Source: Vicugna vicugna (taxonomy: Eukaryota). Taken from it: 64,000 bases of DNA. Location: the NCBI GenBank assembly GCA_013265495.1, contig MU062536.1, positions 434,001 to 498,000 on the forward strand, given 5' to 3'. This document shows, piece after piece, positions 45,991 to 60,059 of the stretch (its first letter is position 1; each line of letters opens with the position of its first letter). The translations under genes were made by a program, and so were the position numbers. Under the pieces are notes generated by a model. It had not been told where the DNA came from and made no database searches. It saw only the letters and a list, made by a program, of their open reading frames with translations.

Positions 45991-46518
45991 GGGGAGCTTC
46001 TCCTCCGCACATCACAGCGTGAGAAAAGCGAGGCTTGGGCTTACTGCCCTGAGTCCTGCAGTCTCTGCCTTAACACAGACCTGCGCTATCTAGCGGCTCT
46101 ACAATGAATACACAGAGGCTCAGGCTGGATTTATTGAGAGTTGTCTTTCCCAGAGCTTCCTTCATTCCAAAGAAGAGATAACCCCTTCTTGGCGCCTGGA
46201 ACTATGTTCCCGCCTCTCCCATCTCTAATGGAATGTTCTAGGTAAAATGCTGTGTGTGCTTTGATTGCCTGTGCAGTGGGGTTCGCAGACAAAATACTGA
46301 CCTTGTTAAATCATGAACCTGGAAAAGCAGTCCATGAAAAACAATATAGTTTATATTTAGAATCATGATTTTATATCTTATAGATAACAGATTATCCAGA
46401 TGAAATACGTCTTTATGTCAATGAAGAAAGCAACAGATGATGCGTACTTACGCGGTTTATTACATAATCTAAACACTCGGAAACTGGAATAGACTCATCA
46501 TCAAACAACCCTTATAGA

Positions 46519-46560
46519 GCAGTGGTTCTCAACTCTGATCCACAATACAATCAGGTTTTA
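46519..46560. mobile_element. MER5-like terminal fragment
   Basis: gcagtggttctcaactctg TIR-like start. Confidence 0.4.
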
Positions 46561-48029
46561 ATTTTCACAAGGACCATGGTTCCTCCCCTCACAATTAAAT
46601 TGGGACCTTGTGCTTAAAAATAGATGCAAGAAAAACATTTGTAGCCTCTCACTTTCCATACGTAAGTCTTCCTTCCCTCATTAGCACATATTCCAGTAGG
46701 GGAATACATTTGATTTCATTTTTCAAGTTTTCATTGAATTATAAGGAGCTCCGGAGGACATGGCCACTGGCAATTATCATTTTTGGAAGGATAATGTTGC
46801 CTGAAAAAAAGGCAGTCGTAGAAGCTGCTCCAGGTGGCCTCTGAGACCTCCGGAGATTGCCTCACTTCTCACCAACCTGTGTTTTACCATCTGTAAAAAG
46901 AAGGCAACGTTTGCCTTTGACCACCCCAGAAGAATGATCTGAGTAAAAATATAATTAAACATGTGAGTTCCTAGGAGTCCTTTTCATAAGGAAGGCATGA
47001 TGTTAAAATTAAGACATCGTGATACTTACTGTGGTTGTCACTATGACTGTTACTTCCCTGTTGTACTACAATGTCCCTGTCACTCTGTTAACAATCTTCT
47101 TGGGACCAAAAGTGACAGGTGTAAAATGAATTTTTTTTAATGTCATACTTGCTTTGTCTTATAAAGAAAAGTCTATGAGGACCTCAGAGAAAGCCAAGAA
47201 TACAGTACTCCTGTAAGCCAAGTCCCTAGAACCTCAGATCCACTGCACACACTCATTATTTCAGTTTCTCCACCCCTTCAATTACCATGTCGTTTCATTC
47301 AAATATAATGTAAAGCTTCGGCTAATTTAAATAGTGTTATAAAACACTGGAGGGGCTCTCTTAGAGCACTACAATTGTGTCAGCCTTTCCTGGATCCAGC
47401 CTTCCCAGAAACCAGAACTGTCTCTATCTCGCTTCTAGAGGACAAGCCCCATTTCACATCTGCCTCTTAGAGAGTCACGTTTACGTACACGGTAGTAAAT
47501 GTTGCTGTGCCACTGGACGACTCTATATTCAGAGTCTGAAGCCCTTTTTCCCTTCTAGGTACAATGAGAGAACACTGGACTAACTGATGTCTACAGTTCT
47601 CCCACTTCAGTTACGTATGTAACTATTTCCAAAAAAAAAAACCCAATATGGTGCTTTGAAAAGCTGAACTACATGACTTCAAAATTCAGTCTGAAGAACA
47701 AACCAGTGTCACTGGCTAAAATAGCAAAGAAATCTTTGAATAGTTTAAAAGTGTGTATGGGAACATGTGGGCCTTCTCCTGCCAAATAGTGTAAGACATA
47801 GGAAAAAGGGATTTTCACACTGGCCCGAAAGTCTCAAAATGGAATAGAATAAAAAGTAAAAAAAAAAAACAGCTTACGTTTATGAAAGACTTAATGAGAA
47901 AACATTCAAGATAGGAACTATCTTGTAATTGAAATGTTTATCCATTGCTCATTGTCACTCACAGTATATGGAAAAATATGTTTGTATTTTTACATTAAAA
48001 AAAGTATTGCTTATGCATGCTATGGTTAT

Positions 48030-48540
48030 CTCCTTTTATTTAAACATACTTATTACTAGGAGTATTAATACTGGTTTTAGTATTGATTAGAACTTTCAGA
48101 ATTATGATGGATAATGGAGGTGACAGAAAGCATTCTTCTGACTTTTCTACTAAGTGGATATTGGCTGTTAGTTTTAAACACACATTTTTATCCTGTGAAA
48201 GAGGCACCATATCTCTAGTTCATTGAAAGTATTTTTTGATTCGTAAGTATATGTTGCATTTATAAATGCCTCTTCTTCATTTATCGGAGAATTTTCACAA
48301 GTTTTTTTTTTCCTTATGACCATATGATGTGATGAATCATGATCATAGATCATATCCTTAAATTACTAGACTAGGCTGTATTTGGTATAGATTTTATTTA
48401 AAATAATTAGAATCTGATAACCCTGCATTTCACATTTTGGCATCTGTATTCGTAAGTGAAATTGGTTTATGGTGTTTGTGTGTGTGTCATGCTTGTTAGA
48501 TGCTAGTCAAAATATTAAGGCTGTCTGTTTCTTAAACTGG
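48030..48540 (-). mobile_element. Old L1ME ORF2 fragment
   Basis: gacagaaagcattcttctgac; ctctagttcattgaaagtatt; ttttggcatctgtattcgtaagtgaaattggttt. Confidence 0.6.
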
Positions 48541-49423
48541 TACTGGCCCTATAACCTAGCTGAACAGGCAATTAAACAGCATAAACTATATTCCCGAAGT
48601 CCACTTGAATTGGAAAATTATAGTTCAACTGTTAGGACTACTGAATGCAATGAATAAGGACCTATTTTAAATTTCTTTGTACAGATAAAAACTCTGAGAA
48701 CTATAGCTGTGTCAATATAATATCGAATAATTTGTGTATTTGGAAATTCAAATTTGTCATTCAGATCATCAGCTCTATGTATTACACATCAACAAGGAAA
48801 ACGAGATTGATTTTCTTTTTCATTAAGTAAATTACCGACAGAATGAATTCCATGAAAAAACTCAAGGGAGAACAAACTTCGGTAAAAACTGTCATTTTAT
48901 AAGAACATTTCTGTGTAGTAGAAATTAATAATCATTTTTCATATGTTGACTACAGTAAAATAGTAGGAAGTACATGGGACATGGTGTTAAAAGATCTGGG
49001 TTCAAGTTAAAAACTGCAAACTTGTTGTAGGATACAAAACCAACATGCAAAAATCAACTGCATTTCTATACCCTAACAATGAACAATACAAAAAGAAAAT
49101 TAAGAAAACAGTTTCATTTATGATAGCATCTAAAAGAATAAAATATTTAGGAATAAACTTACCCAAGGAGACAAAGAATGTTAAAATGTCAGTACTGCTC
49201 AAAGAAATCTATAGATTCAATGCAACCTCTATCAGAATCCCAATGATTTTTTTTGCATAAATAGAAAAATTCAACCTAAAATTCGTGGAGTCTCAAAGGA
49301 TCTCAAATAGTCAAGCTTGAAAATGAACAAAATTGGAGGGTGCACACTTTCAGATTTCAAAACTTCAAACAAAGCTGCAGTAATCAATACAATGTAGTAC
49401 CACCATACAGACTGACATGTAGA

Positions 49424-49599
49424 NNNNNNNNNNNNNNNNNNNNNNNNNNNNNNNNNNNNNNNNNNNNNNNNNNNNNNNNNNNNNNNNNNNNNNNNNNNNN
49501 NNNNNNNNNNNNNNNNNNNNNNNNNNNNNNNNNNNNNNNNNNNNNNNNNNNNNNNNNNNNNNNNNNNNNNNNNNNNNNNNNNNNNNNNNNNNNNNNNNN
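49424..49599. other. N gap (176 nt) inside L1
   Basis: Run of N. Confidence 1.
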
Positions 49600-50073
49600 T
49601 ACCTTACATTACATACAAAAATTAACTCCAAATAGATCAAACACCTAAATGGAAGAACTAAAAGTATAAAACCCTTAGAAGAAAATATAGGAGAAAAGTT
49701 TCATGACTTTGGGTTTCTTGGATTTGAGAACAAAAGCACAGACAATGAAAGAAAAAAAAAGATAAATTAGACTTCATCAAAATGTAAAAACAAAAATTAT
49801 GCATCAAAGGACACTATCAACAGAGTAAAAGAGAAAATAATTGCACGTCATATATATGATAAGGGATTAATATCCAGAACATATAAAGAACTCATGCAAC
49901 TCAACAACAAAAGAAAACCCAATTAAGAAATAGTTAAAGGACTTAAAGAGACATTTCTCCATAGAAGATATATAGATGATCAATAAGCACATGAAAAGAT
50001 TCTGAACTTCACTAATCATTAGGAAAATGCAAATAAAAACCAGGAGATACCTCATATATACTGAAATGGGTAT

Positions 50074-50301
50074 NNNNNNNNNNNNNNNNNNNNNNNNNNN
50101 NNNNNNNNNNNNNNNNNNNNNNNNNNNNNNNNNNNNNNNNNNNNNNNNNNNNNNNNNNNNNNNNNNNNNNNNNNNNNNNNNNNNNNNNNNNNNNNNNNNN
50201 NNNNNNNNNNNNNNNNNNNNNNNNNNNNNNNNNNNNNNNNNNNNNNNNNNNNNNNNNNNNNNNNNNNNNNNNNNNNNNNNNNNNNNNNNNNNNNNNNNNN
50301 N
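50074..50301. other. N gap (228 nt) inside L1
   Basis: Run of N. Confidence 1.
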
Positions 50302-50974
50302 ACAGCGGTGGTTCATCAAAAAATTACACATAGTATTACTATATGATTCAGCAACCCTACTTCGTGTATATACCCAAAGTAACTGAAAGCAGAAATGCAA
50401 ACAGATGTTTGCATCATAGCGTGCTATTCACAACAGTCAAAAGGAGAAAATATTCCAAAGGTCCATCAAGGAGTGACTAGATCAACAAAATGCGGCATAG
50501 CCACACAACGGAAAATCATTCAGCCTTAGAAATGAATGAAATTCTAACACACGCTACAATATGAATGAATTTTGAAGACATTTCGCTAAGTGAAATAATC
50601 GAGACACGAGAGGACAAATACTGGACCATTTCACTTATATGAAGTGCCTAGAATAGTCTAATTCATAGAGACAAAAAAAATAAAATGGTGGTTACGAAAG
50701 GCTGGAGGAAAGGGGAATAGGTGTTATTGTTTAACAGGTACTGAGTTTCAGTTTGGGAAGAAGAAAAAGCGCTGGAGGTGGATGGCAGTGATGGTTACGC
50801 AACAATGTGAATGTACTTAATGCCACTGAAATTTACACCTAAAAATGGTTAAAATGGTAAATTTTATATTATGGATATTTTACCACACACACACAAAAAC
50901 TACTCTAAACTGCTTGAGCCCAGGGATTATGTCTTATTTGTCTCTACATAAAACACTGTCCACACATCAGGGGC

Positions 50975-51380
50975 CCTGGAGTCAATGGACCAGGGTTTGA
51001 AAGCCAGGTTTTTCACTACTGTCTATTTGACTAGTTATTAGTAACTTCTCAAAGCCTCTATTTCCACATCTATCAAATGACATCTATAATAGTATCTACC
51101 TTTTGGATTGATGCGAAAAATAAGTAAGCAATGCATTAAACACACACACACACAACTACAGTGATCACAAATGGGAGGCATTAAATAACTGTTCACTATT
51201 ACTCTTATCCTAGAGCTCAGCACACGAGCCGACACAGTTCTCACCTCTGATACCACTTGGATGACTGGGTATGACTTTGGACTTGATCTTCTGTCTATAA
51301 AGTGGGAACTATGTAGCCTACATCACGGGGTCGCCGTGATGCTTAAATGAGATGATGAGAAAGTGCTTGTAAATTATAGG
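50975..51380 (+). mobile_element. Two adjacent MIR fragments
   Basis: tggagtcaatggaccagggtttgaaagccagg...ctctatttccacatctatcaaatg; cttctgtctataaagtgggaactatgtagcctacatcacgggg...gcttaaatgagatgat. Confidence 0.7.
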
Positions 51381-51897
51381 ACCATATGAAAATAAGACAT
51401 TTCACTGCACAGTGTTAAAATACATTAGAAAGTAAAGCGAGAAACGGTTTTAAAATAATCTTGAATTTGCCACAAAGAACATTTTTCAACGTCTATTTTA
51501 AATGTAAAAACACATTTCAAAAGAAAATACACAGAAACCTCCAAATCTGAAATAACAATATTGAAGCCTCCCAGACATCTAGGGAAAGTCTGATCACACG
51601 CACAAACACATATTTCATGGTGGCACTTACGGTCGTGAAAAATAAGCCAAATACCTATCATTTTGAAACAGCTGTTTATGTCACACCTCATGACCAGAAA
51701 AAGCGAACTTTCACGTGGGTTCTAGCCTGGCTGCATGCTCAGCCTCAATGAAATTTCCTTGAAAAAGCCAAAGGCCCCACAGTTGAGTGAGACCAGATGC
51801 TTAGTGATCCACTGAGGGCAGCTGGTTTTCTAAGGGAGCATTCTGGAGGTGTTGGGTACCTGGAGGAAAGGGCTGGCAAGAAGAGCCCGGCTGGAGG

Positions 51898-51930
51898 TGC
51901 ATCTTCTTCTCCAGGGCAGCAGAGGGCGCT
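51898..51930 (+). promoter_or_regulatory. Strong CTCF-like motif with possible upstream (ZF9-11) module
   Basis: gCAGCAGAGGGCGCT (51916-51930) is 14/15 to CCAGCAGAGGGCGCT with the CpG retained; TGCA starts 18 nt upstream of the core. Confidence 0.6.
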
Positions 51931-53109
51931 CCAACTCCACGAGAGACAGACACTTTACCTACCTGGCCTCTGAGAGATGTGTGAACTCCAGGCCAGCAGT
52001 TCACACAACCAAATTCCACTGAAAACATATTTCCATTCCCTGAGAATGACCCACACACTCAAAAGGAGTAATTGGAGCCTTGGTGAAGGGAAATTGTGCG
52101 GCTCACCAGACAGCAGGCTTGCCTCAGGCCTCACCACCTCCTCCACCCTTCTTGTGTTCCAAGGAGGGTTGAAAATGTCTGTGGCTGGAATTGTGAAAGA
52201 GCAACCGAGCCCTCCCACGGTTCATAAGCCCAAAACAAGCTTCGCTAAGGAATATTAAGTTACGGCCAAGTAGCTTCAAGCCAGCAGCCTGGCCGAGCGT
52301 TCAGCATTCCCACCTGGTCTCAGTAAAAGTCACACAGGTCGAGGGGGTTGGCCCCGAGGGCTCACGGTGCCCTGTCAGCACAGGTTTAGGCAACACATAC
52401 AAAAGCAGTGACCCCAGGAGTTTGCCCAAATAAACAGTCATCTTCCTTCAAATGGGTATGTGTAGAAATTTCTGAGGCTAACTCACAACTTTGCTACCTC
52501 CTAATGAGGTGTGCTGAGAAACTGCAAAACCACCTAAGAATGTAATAAAGAGAAAAGGTTTCGTAATGTTGCCACCCTTTTCTCCTTGACCCCTTATTCA
52601 GTCAGCCATTCAGATGGCCCTAATTTAAGTAAGGGAAAAACCCAAATAAAAAAAATTTTTTTTTTGGTCAAATTCTCTTCATTCCATTCATATTGCTTAG
52701 GAGCCCAGGTGATTCTCTCCAAGGGCATGCAGTGAGGATTTCCTTTTCTGTTTCCCGCTCTCCCTGGTCTTTCCCCCTGGTCCTCACCCTGTTTTTGTCA
52801 TCCAAACTCCCTCAGCAACATGATATGCATTCTTTCCAGATCAGCCAAGCATCGCAAGGAAATTAAACAACCATTCAGATTTGAATCTATGTGAACGAAA
52901 ACGCCATCAAAGTCACCTTGCTTCTGTGGCTTTGGCAAAACTGGTGAAATTTACATTGATGGAAACTCATCATCATGTCCTTCTTTCAGCGACTTAACAC
53001 GCTTCATAAAATGGGATGCGTGTGGAATATATAACAGATGATTAGCTCACACTGGGCACTGGGCCTTACGTGTCTTGATAGCAAGGCCCCTCCAATGGGC
53101 CTTCAAACG

Positions 53110-53215
53110 ATCAAAACCAGGTTCGAACCTTGGCTCTGGTACTTTCTTAAGTATGTTACCTAGAGTATTTTATTTCACTTCTCTGAACTTCCATATTCTC
53201 AGGTAGAAAAATTTT
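53110..53215 (+). mobile_element. MIR fragment
   Basis: ccaggttcgaaccttggctctggtactttcttaagtatgttacctagag...cacttctctgaacttcc. Confidence 0.65.
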
Positions 53216-56200
53216 AAAAGAAACCATCTTAAAAAAATAGGAACAATCTGGATTCATACTTAGTACTCGTATTTCAACAACAACCCTGGATGCACAGTAA
53301 GCAGGACGTTCTCCTTTTGACTAAAACAATGAGTTAAATGGTATGCAAACTTTCTAAAGCTCAGGCTTGACAAATGTTACTTACAGTTAAAGCACGTGCA
53401 TGCTCCTGGCCTGCGAGATGTTCAAAGTCTTCATACAAGCCTCCGTTTCAGGACAGGACACACAATGTCAGCAAGCTGCATGGAGGAGCAGAGAGTAGAT
53501 ATATTTAGCCACAAATGATCACCCTTTTTCCTGAAAACTCCAGAAAAGTCTTCTATCTATTCAGAAAATGTTTGGGTGTCTCTGAAAAATGGACAGACAG
53601 GCCAAAGGAAAACTTACAAACAACAACCTGATTTGAGATTTGTGTAGAATCTTTATGTAGGAGGCTCTCTAAATCACATGGCACATCGAGGTTTCTTCCC
53701 AAACAGTATATTGATCAGTTGCAAACAAATTGTGGTCTTTCAAACAGCGTGTTCCTTTATCATTGTGGACCCAGCAGTTTCAGATTCCATAATTGAGAGT
53801 TATACAGTCTCCAGGAATTGATATTCAGAATAAGACTTTTTAGTCTGAAGCTGCATAATGATAGATGGTTACTTGCTGGGAAAAAATAGTACATTTCAAG
53901 TTTCCATATTCTTGCCGGGGAAAGAGCACCTTACATATTCTTTCAGGAGAGAAAAATATTTCCATTTATCACACCAGTTTAGAAGACCTAATTCTAGAAA
54001 TGTCATGATGAGAGTTCCTTCTTTGCTGGGGATGGCAACTCAAGACGAAACAAACAATTGTAAACCCACCTCCTCATTCCTGCAAAATCATTTGTTCTGT
54101 ATTATATACAGCACTGTTATTCTGTCTTTAATGCTCAATTTTTGAATTAGGAAAAATTATAACATCAAGAAGGTATCACCTTATTTTCCTTGATAGGTCA
54201 TGATATGCTTGTATCCTCTTAAATAAATGAAAGTAAACGCAGACTTCTTGGCCTTATTTACTACTTTTTAAGGTAGAGGTCAACTGACTTTCACTAATTT
54301 CATTTCATTAGTATTATTTGGAAAATATCATTCATGATATATCTGTTCTTTTCCTCTCTGGAAAAAATAAATATACTTCAAGTTTCATTCAAATATAAAT
54401 CCTGAGGTTCGTCTTTAAGTTTTCATAAGATATGTGGAGATATATTTAAAAAATAAACTCTCTAATTAACTAATTATGGTACCAACATCTCTTATCCTAC
54501 TGTCCTTTTTTGTTCTAACAGAGATTCTCAGATTTAGTGATTTTTTTAATGAAAATAGACTTTCTGATTCACATCTCATTAAATAAGATTTTGGAAGAAA
54601 AGACATTGTGCAAAGTTCTGGAATGTGTAGAACTACAGAGATTGTTCCCGAAGCAGCTTCCTAAACTAAATATACTCGGTCAGTTTAGTAAGACACAGGT
54701 CTGTTACCTATCGTACCAAGACTACACAGGAAATGTCCTGCCTTCTCAGGTAGGCATGTCTGCAGAGGCTGTCTGCTGCTCGTGACACAGGAAACAGTTC
54801 AGTTTACTGGTTCTATATGCATGTGCTATTTTAAAATGCATTATTTCCAGTATTTATTAAAATATCATGTGACTAAAATTGTGGGTGTAGCTCCTCTGGG
54901 ATGCCTTGAGAGACTAACTACATCAATCTACCCTTTACCTTTTCTTCTCTCAAATTCTGTAATGGGGTATCATGCAGTTTGGCATTTCAAATTTCCTTCT
55001 AACTATCATACACATTGATTTATACCTTACAAAGATTATGTATTCTTGGTGGACACAACAGACCCACAAAATTATGCTCACTCTCTCATATATATAAACT
55101 AATATATGTATATGTATATACACACATATAATTTATCTTATGCATATATTTTCTTTAAAAAGTGATAAACATAAAATACAAACTCTGAAACCACTTTTTT
55201 ATAATAAATTGTTTTAGGAAAGTTTGTTGAATATAAACAAGACTTTCTGGGATCACAGTGATTCTGTGAGGATAGTAACATAAAGAAATCATGAAGAGTT
55301 ATTTAACCACAATTATTTTTTTCACTTCTCAGCCTATACATACACACACACACATAAACACTTGGCACTAACAGAGAAAAGAGGGATCATCTTGCTTTCC
55401 TATCAAATCCTGAAAGGAGGAACTTTACACATTTAAAAATTATAATTATTTGAGTATAATTATAAATTTTCAGTGCTGTCTCTGGTAATGTCTAGAAAAC
55501 TATGAAGGTGATGATCTTGAAACCAAGTGAAATAAAATGCATACATTAAGAAGCCGAGAGAACTGAGTTTTGAAATTAACAAAATTCCTTTATAAAGTTT
55601 GCAGGATCCAGTATATATGATTTCAAGTGATGATTATCTCTAGAATAATCTTAATTTTGTGGGAATACATGAAACACATTTACAGTTTTATTTTATTAAC
55701 CTTGACATATTTGTTTTACTATTTTAGAGTAAAAGAATATGGTACTAGTGAAGGTGGGTTTCCTTTTTTGTAATCTAAAAATTGTGTAAAGTGTCTCAAG
55801 GAGATCCTAAAGATATATGAAAACAGATAAAGATATTCTTACCTAAATTAAGTGGCCAATTAGTTAATAATGCATCTTTACCTTTCAAATTCAGTAAATG
55901 GAATATTTGTCTGATTTGCTTCACATTGAAGAGATAGTGAAGAAGAAGAGCATAACGAATTACACAATAATGTTTTTACATGTGAATTTACAACTGCAAG
56001 TGTTTTTGAAGAGCACTATGTGAAGATTAGGGAATTCTATGTCTAGAACTGAATGGCAAGTACTGTGCACCAAGGCAGAAGAAAATCAATCTGTATGAAA
56101 TACATTTATTTGGCTAAGAAATAGAGGTGGGAGTGAAACTGAATTATGGAGAGTCAAACAGTTTTGACCTCAAATGTATACTTTATTGGTGACCCTCCTC

Positions 56201-58654
56201 CAAATATATATATATCATCACTGTCATGTTTTTATTTTATTATTACCTAAATCCATGTTGAAATTCACATTTGAAACACGGACGATTTTGCAAGAGGCTG
56301 ATGATTCCCTGAAATAAACATGACTGGTGGCTCTTTTTTACCCAGCAGTCTCTTTATCGCTCTAGAGAAGGAAAATCGACAGACTTTGTATCTGCAGTGT
56401 AATTAGCGTGTGGAGGCAGGATCATAATGAAAGCAAAATTTACATTATTATAGGCATGCGATTGTTTGCTCACACTAACTGGAATAAAAAGTGAATTCCA
56501 CTATGTACATGCAAAGATTTATTCAATCCGTTTTCTAATATTTTCCCTCCAGAACAGCAAGAGTGTGATTAGCAAGACGAAACAACTGAAAACTGTTCCT
56601 GAATGAAGAGTTTCCATCCTGTCTCAGTGGGATCAAAGTGAAAGGGTCCAAAACAAACCCCATGCAGGTTGTGTGGCTACCACAAACCATGCAACTGGTT
56701 TCTACTGCCATGTTGTAATTCAACTGTATTCAGGAGAAGTTAGTTACACATTGTTCTTAGCAATAATACCACTAATCATCCTGTCAATCAAAAGTCCTGA
56801 ACTCAAAGCTCTTGGGTCCCATCATCAAAGATGCGTTGCAGGTGAAGAATTATTGATAGCCAGATGCAGAGACTAAATCTTCAGATGCTTTGGCCTAAGG
56901 TCATGAAGAGGAGGGAAGAAAAATAAACGCTGCTCTCATCTAGCAACAATGGATTTGCAAGAATTTGAAACAAAACTTTCCTTCCAGCTGCCGCTTTCAC
57001 GTCAGAGAAATAAAATACATGGATAAAATTTTAAAGCTTTGTGTGTCTAACCCGTTCTGACCCCTTTTACATTCACTTATTAATAATAATAACTATGATA
57101 ATAATGCTTATGCCCAGGACTGGAATGAGGGTTAATTAGTTAACATTTATAAAGCTTTCTGAAAAGGGAAAGTACTATTTAAACACTAAATATAGTCTTT
57201 TCTCCTTTCACCCTTTACTTTCATTTCCTTCTTTTAATCATGGATCAGTTCGTTCTTCCTTCGGTCTGGCTCATTTTTTCACTGGTTATATTTTCTACTG
57301 CTTTTTTTTTCATTCTGTTCTTGCCCTTGGGTCCACATTGGTCCCTGTCACTCTCACACTTGGACCTTGTCTTTGTTCGTCTCCCCTCCTGTGCGTTAGG
57401 CACCTCTTTCTCATTTTCATTTCATCTCTCTAGTTGTCCTTTATCCATTCCTCATTCTCTTTCACCTTTTGCCTGTGTATTTCTCTTCCTCGTTGTCCTC
57501 ATTATTGGAAGCATCAGTGAAGTATTACAGCTGATAGAACTTTTGACTAAAGTTTATCCCCACGTTATGGGCTACTAAGGCCAAGAACTAGATAAATCCA
57601 GTTGGTTGTCCCCAGTCCTTTCCTACTCGACGGCAAACTCCATGACATCATAGACTGTGATCATCTGGAATAGCTTCCCCCTTGTGTCATGCAAAATCTC
57701 AATACAGGATTATTTTCAATGAATCCTTCCACTCTATAACATCCTGACAACCTGTGATCTCTCAAAGACTTCATGATACTATGAGTTTTCAAAAGGCTTA
57801 TCATAGGGCATAAGTATTGTGTCAGGTTTCAGCTGGTCTCATGTATGTATTTCCCATTGTACATGCAACCTCTACAGGCTTATTGGCCAACAATAAAAAG
57901 ATTGGAATTATCAATTTATCATCTCCCTTCTAAAAGAAAGAGTGTAGAAGTAAAACAGCTGTCTCCTTAGGCCTACCCAAGGAATTCAGTTGTAGTTATA
58001 AGGATCAAGTGATTTAAAATTCTGTATTTTAATGATACATTTCAAAAGAGTCTATTGTTTAAGAGACCTTACTCGGATTTTAGAAATAGGATGCCAAGCT
58101 GAAGATCTATTCAGTTTATAAGCTCAGAACTCAACTAGTTAACTCCTAGTTATTCTCATTCATCATAGTCCCTCTATCTACTTATATAGATTGTTACCTG
58201 CATAATCTAACTAAATCACTTAAACAGGGCTGTATTCTTGCTCCAGTGCTTTTGGGGCTTTCAAATTACTTATAAAGCTTAAAGCTTACCAGCTAAAACC
58301 CACAAAATCATTCCTCAGCTTACATTTTCAAGTTGAAATGTTTAGTAAACATATACTATGTGCTATATTAGGTTCAGCTGGCCCACATTTTCCCATGTGT
58401 CTGCCTCATGGAGAACATAGGAGTACAAGCTCTTGTATCCAAAGCTGAAACATCCAGCAGAACTCTTGTTGCCTACTGCCCAGTTGTTAACTGGTCTCAC
58501 GAGCTCTGTGTTTTCCAGTCTCTGTGCAATTTCATCCATCCAGTGTGACCCTGCCACCCTTCTCTATCATTTTTTTTAAAAAAGCTTTACCAGAACATTT
58601 GAAATGATTGTTCATTCTATGACAATTATTACCCTGGACACTTATTTTGATGAT

Positions 58655-58870
58655 TATATTTGCTCAACAGATACGCATCAACTCCTACCACGTTCAGAGA
58701 ATTGTGCTAAGTTTTGTAGGAGCCATGGAAACATATGAAACAGTTGCTACCCTTAAAGATATTTATCTTCTCAGTAACCAAGTAAGAAGGTGATAAGGAA
58801 CAATGAAAGCCATCAACTAAATATTATAGGTGTACAGATGAAGAAGGAAACATTTTCAGCAGGTCGTGAG
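58655..58870 (-). mobile_element. L2 3'-end fragment
   Basis: atttgctcaacagatacgcatcaactcctacc...ttgtgctaagttttgtagg...gttgctacccttaaagat. Confidence 0.55.
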
Positions 58871-59079
58871 TAGGCAGAGTTTGCAATGGGTGTGTGGAGA
58901 GAACCAAGGTAATCCAATGAGGAAGACGTGAGGCTGCTGTGCCCAAGAAGACAGGGTTGGGGCTGCACACATCACTTAGACAGCCACAAGTTTACATTTT
59001 ATGGTTTTACAAACCTTCAGCAAGAGGAAAAAATCAATCAATTAATGGCTAAAGAAGGTGGAAGACTGTTTTAAGCAGG

Positions 59080-59601
59080 TGTATTAGTTATCTAATGCAG
59101 CATAACAAATGATCTCAGAATTCCATGACTTAAAGCAACAAACTTTCATTGATTATCTCACAGTTTCTGTGCATTAGGAATCTGGGTGCAGTTTAGTTCA
59201 ATGTCTCTGACTCAAGGTATCTCATTAGACTGCAGTCAAGCTGTTGGCCGGAGCTGCAGTCTCATCTGGAAGTTTTCACTTCCAAGATCATTCACGTGGA
59301 TATTAGTTAGCCTTAGTCCACTGCTATGTGGTTCTTTCCATGGGGATACCTTATGACAAGGCACCTCAGGGTGAGAGATATAAGAGAGACAGAGACAAAG
59401 ACAGAAAGCAAGTTGACCAGAGGCAGAAAGTCAATATTTATAATCTAATCTCAGAGTTGACATCATGCAAGTTCTGCCATATTCTTTTCATTATAATAAA
59501 TTCACTAAATCCAGCCCACAACCAAGGTGAGGGGCTTATACAAGGCTATGAACACTAGGAGGTAGGGATCACTGGGGCCATGTTAGAGACAGCCTTCCAC
59601 A
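59080..59601 (-). mobile_element. MLT1E/F-type solo LTR
   Basis: tgtattagttatctaatgcagcataacaaat...ttatctcacagtttctgtgcattaggaatctggg...ctaatctcagagttgacatc...gggatcactggggccatgttagagacagccttccaca. Confidence 0.85.
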
Positions 59602-60059
59602 GCAAAGAAAATAATACAGTGAAAAGGCATCAAGCAAAATGCCTCATGGGCATTTAAGAAACAGCAAGCAGTCCAAGGACACTAGAGACATATCAAAAGA
59701 ATATAGAGAGCTGTGATATTGTTGAACAGTCTGACTTTATGGCACTACCGAAGAACCATTGAAAATACTTTTAAGAACACTATGCTCCATGATATTTTTA
59801 GAAAATTCAACTCATTTTAGAAGTATATTTTAGAATTTTAGAAAAATTCAACTACTTATAGAAGAAGCATAAATTTAAGGGAGGAACCTCTGAATAAAGG
59901 AGTACCAGTTAAGACACTTAGCATAATAGCTCAAACATTAGAGCCATTCAAAATAAGAATTATTTTGAACTATAAAACTTTATTATATAATGTTTTACGC
60001 ATAATATACAGCTTGTCTGTCTATTGAGACTAAATTTTAGACAGTTATAGGCTATGCTT

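Larger units (their letters stand above)
49009..50901 (+). mobile_element. 5'-truncated L1MB-type element (ORF2 3' half plus 3'UTR), with two N gaps
   Basis: ORF 49045..49260 [13 protein letters not shown]...[16 protein letters not shown] is L1 ORF2 RT C-terminal sequence. The 3'UTR ends tgccactgaaatttacacctaaaaatggttaaaatggtaaattttatattatggatattttaccac. Possible 7-bp TSD aaaaact after a TT|AAAA site. Confidence 0.92.

Noticed and set aside
49867-50400. 177-aa minus-strand ORF and the other X-containing ORFs (300-1022, 38023, 43636-43943, 49340-50400)
   Set aside because: They stay open only because they cross N runs; most are L1 sense or antisense sequence.
57240-57578. 112-aa hydrophobic ORF resembling a membrane protein
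   Set aside because: The hydrophobicity is a by-product of a pyrimidine-rich low-complexity strand.
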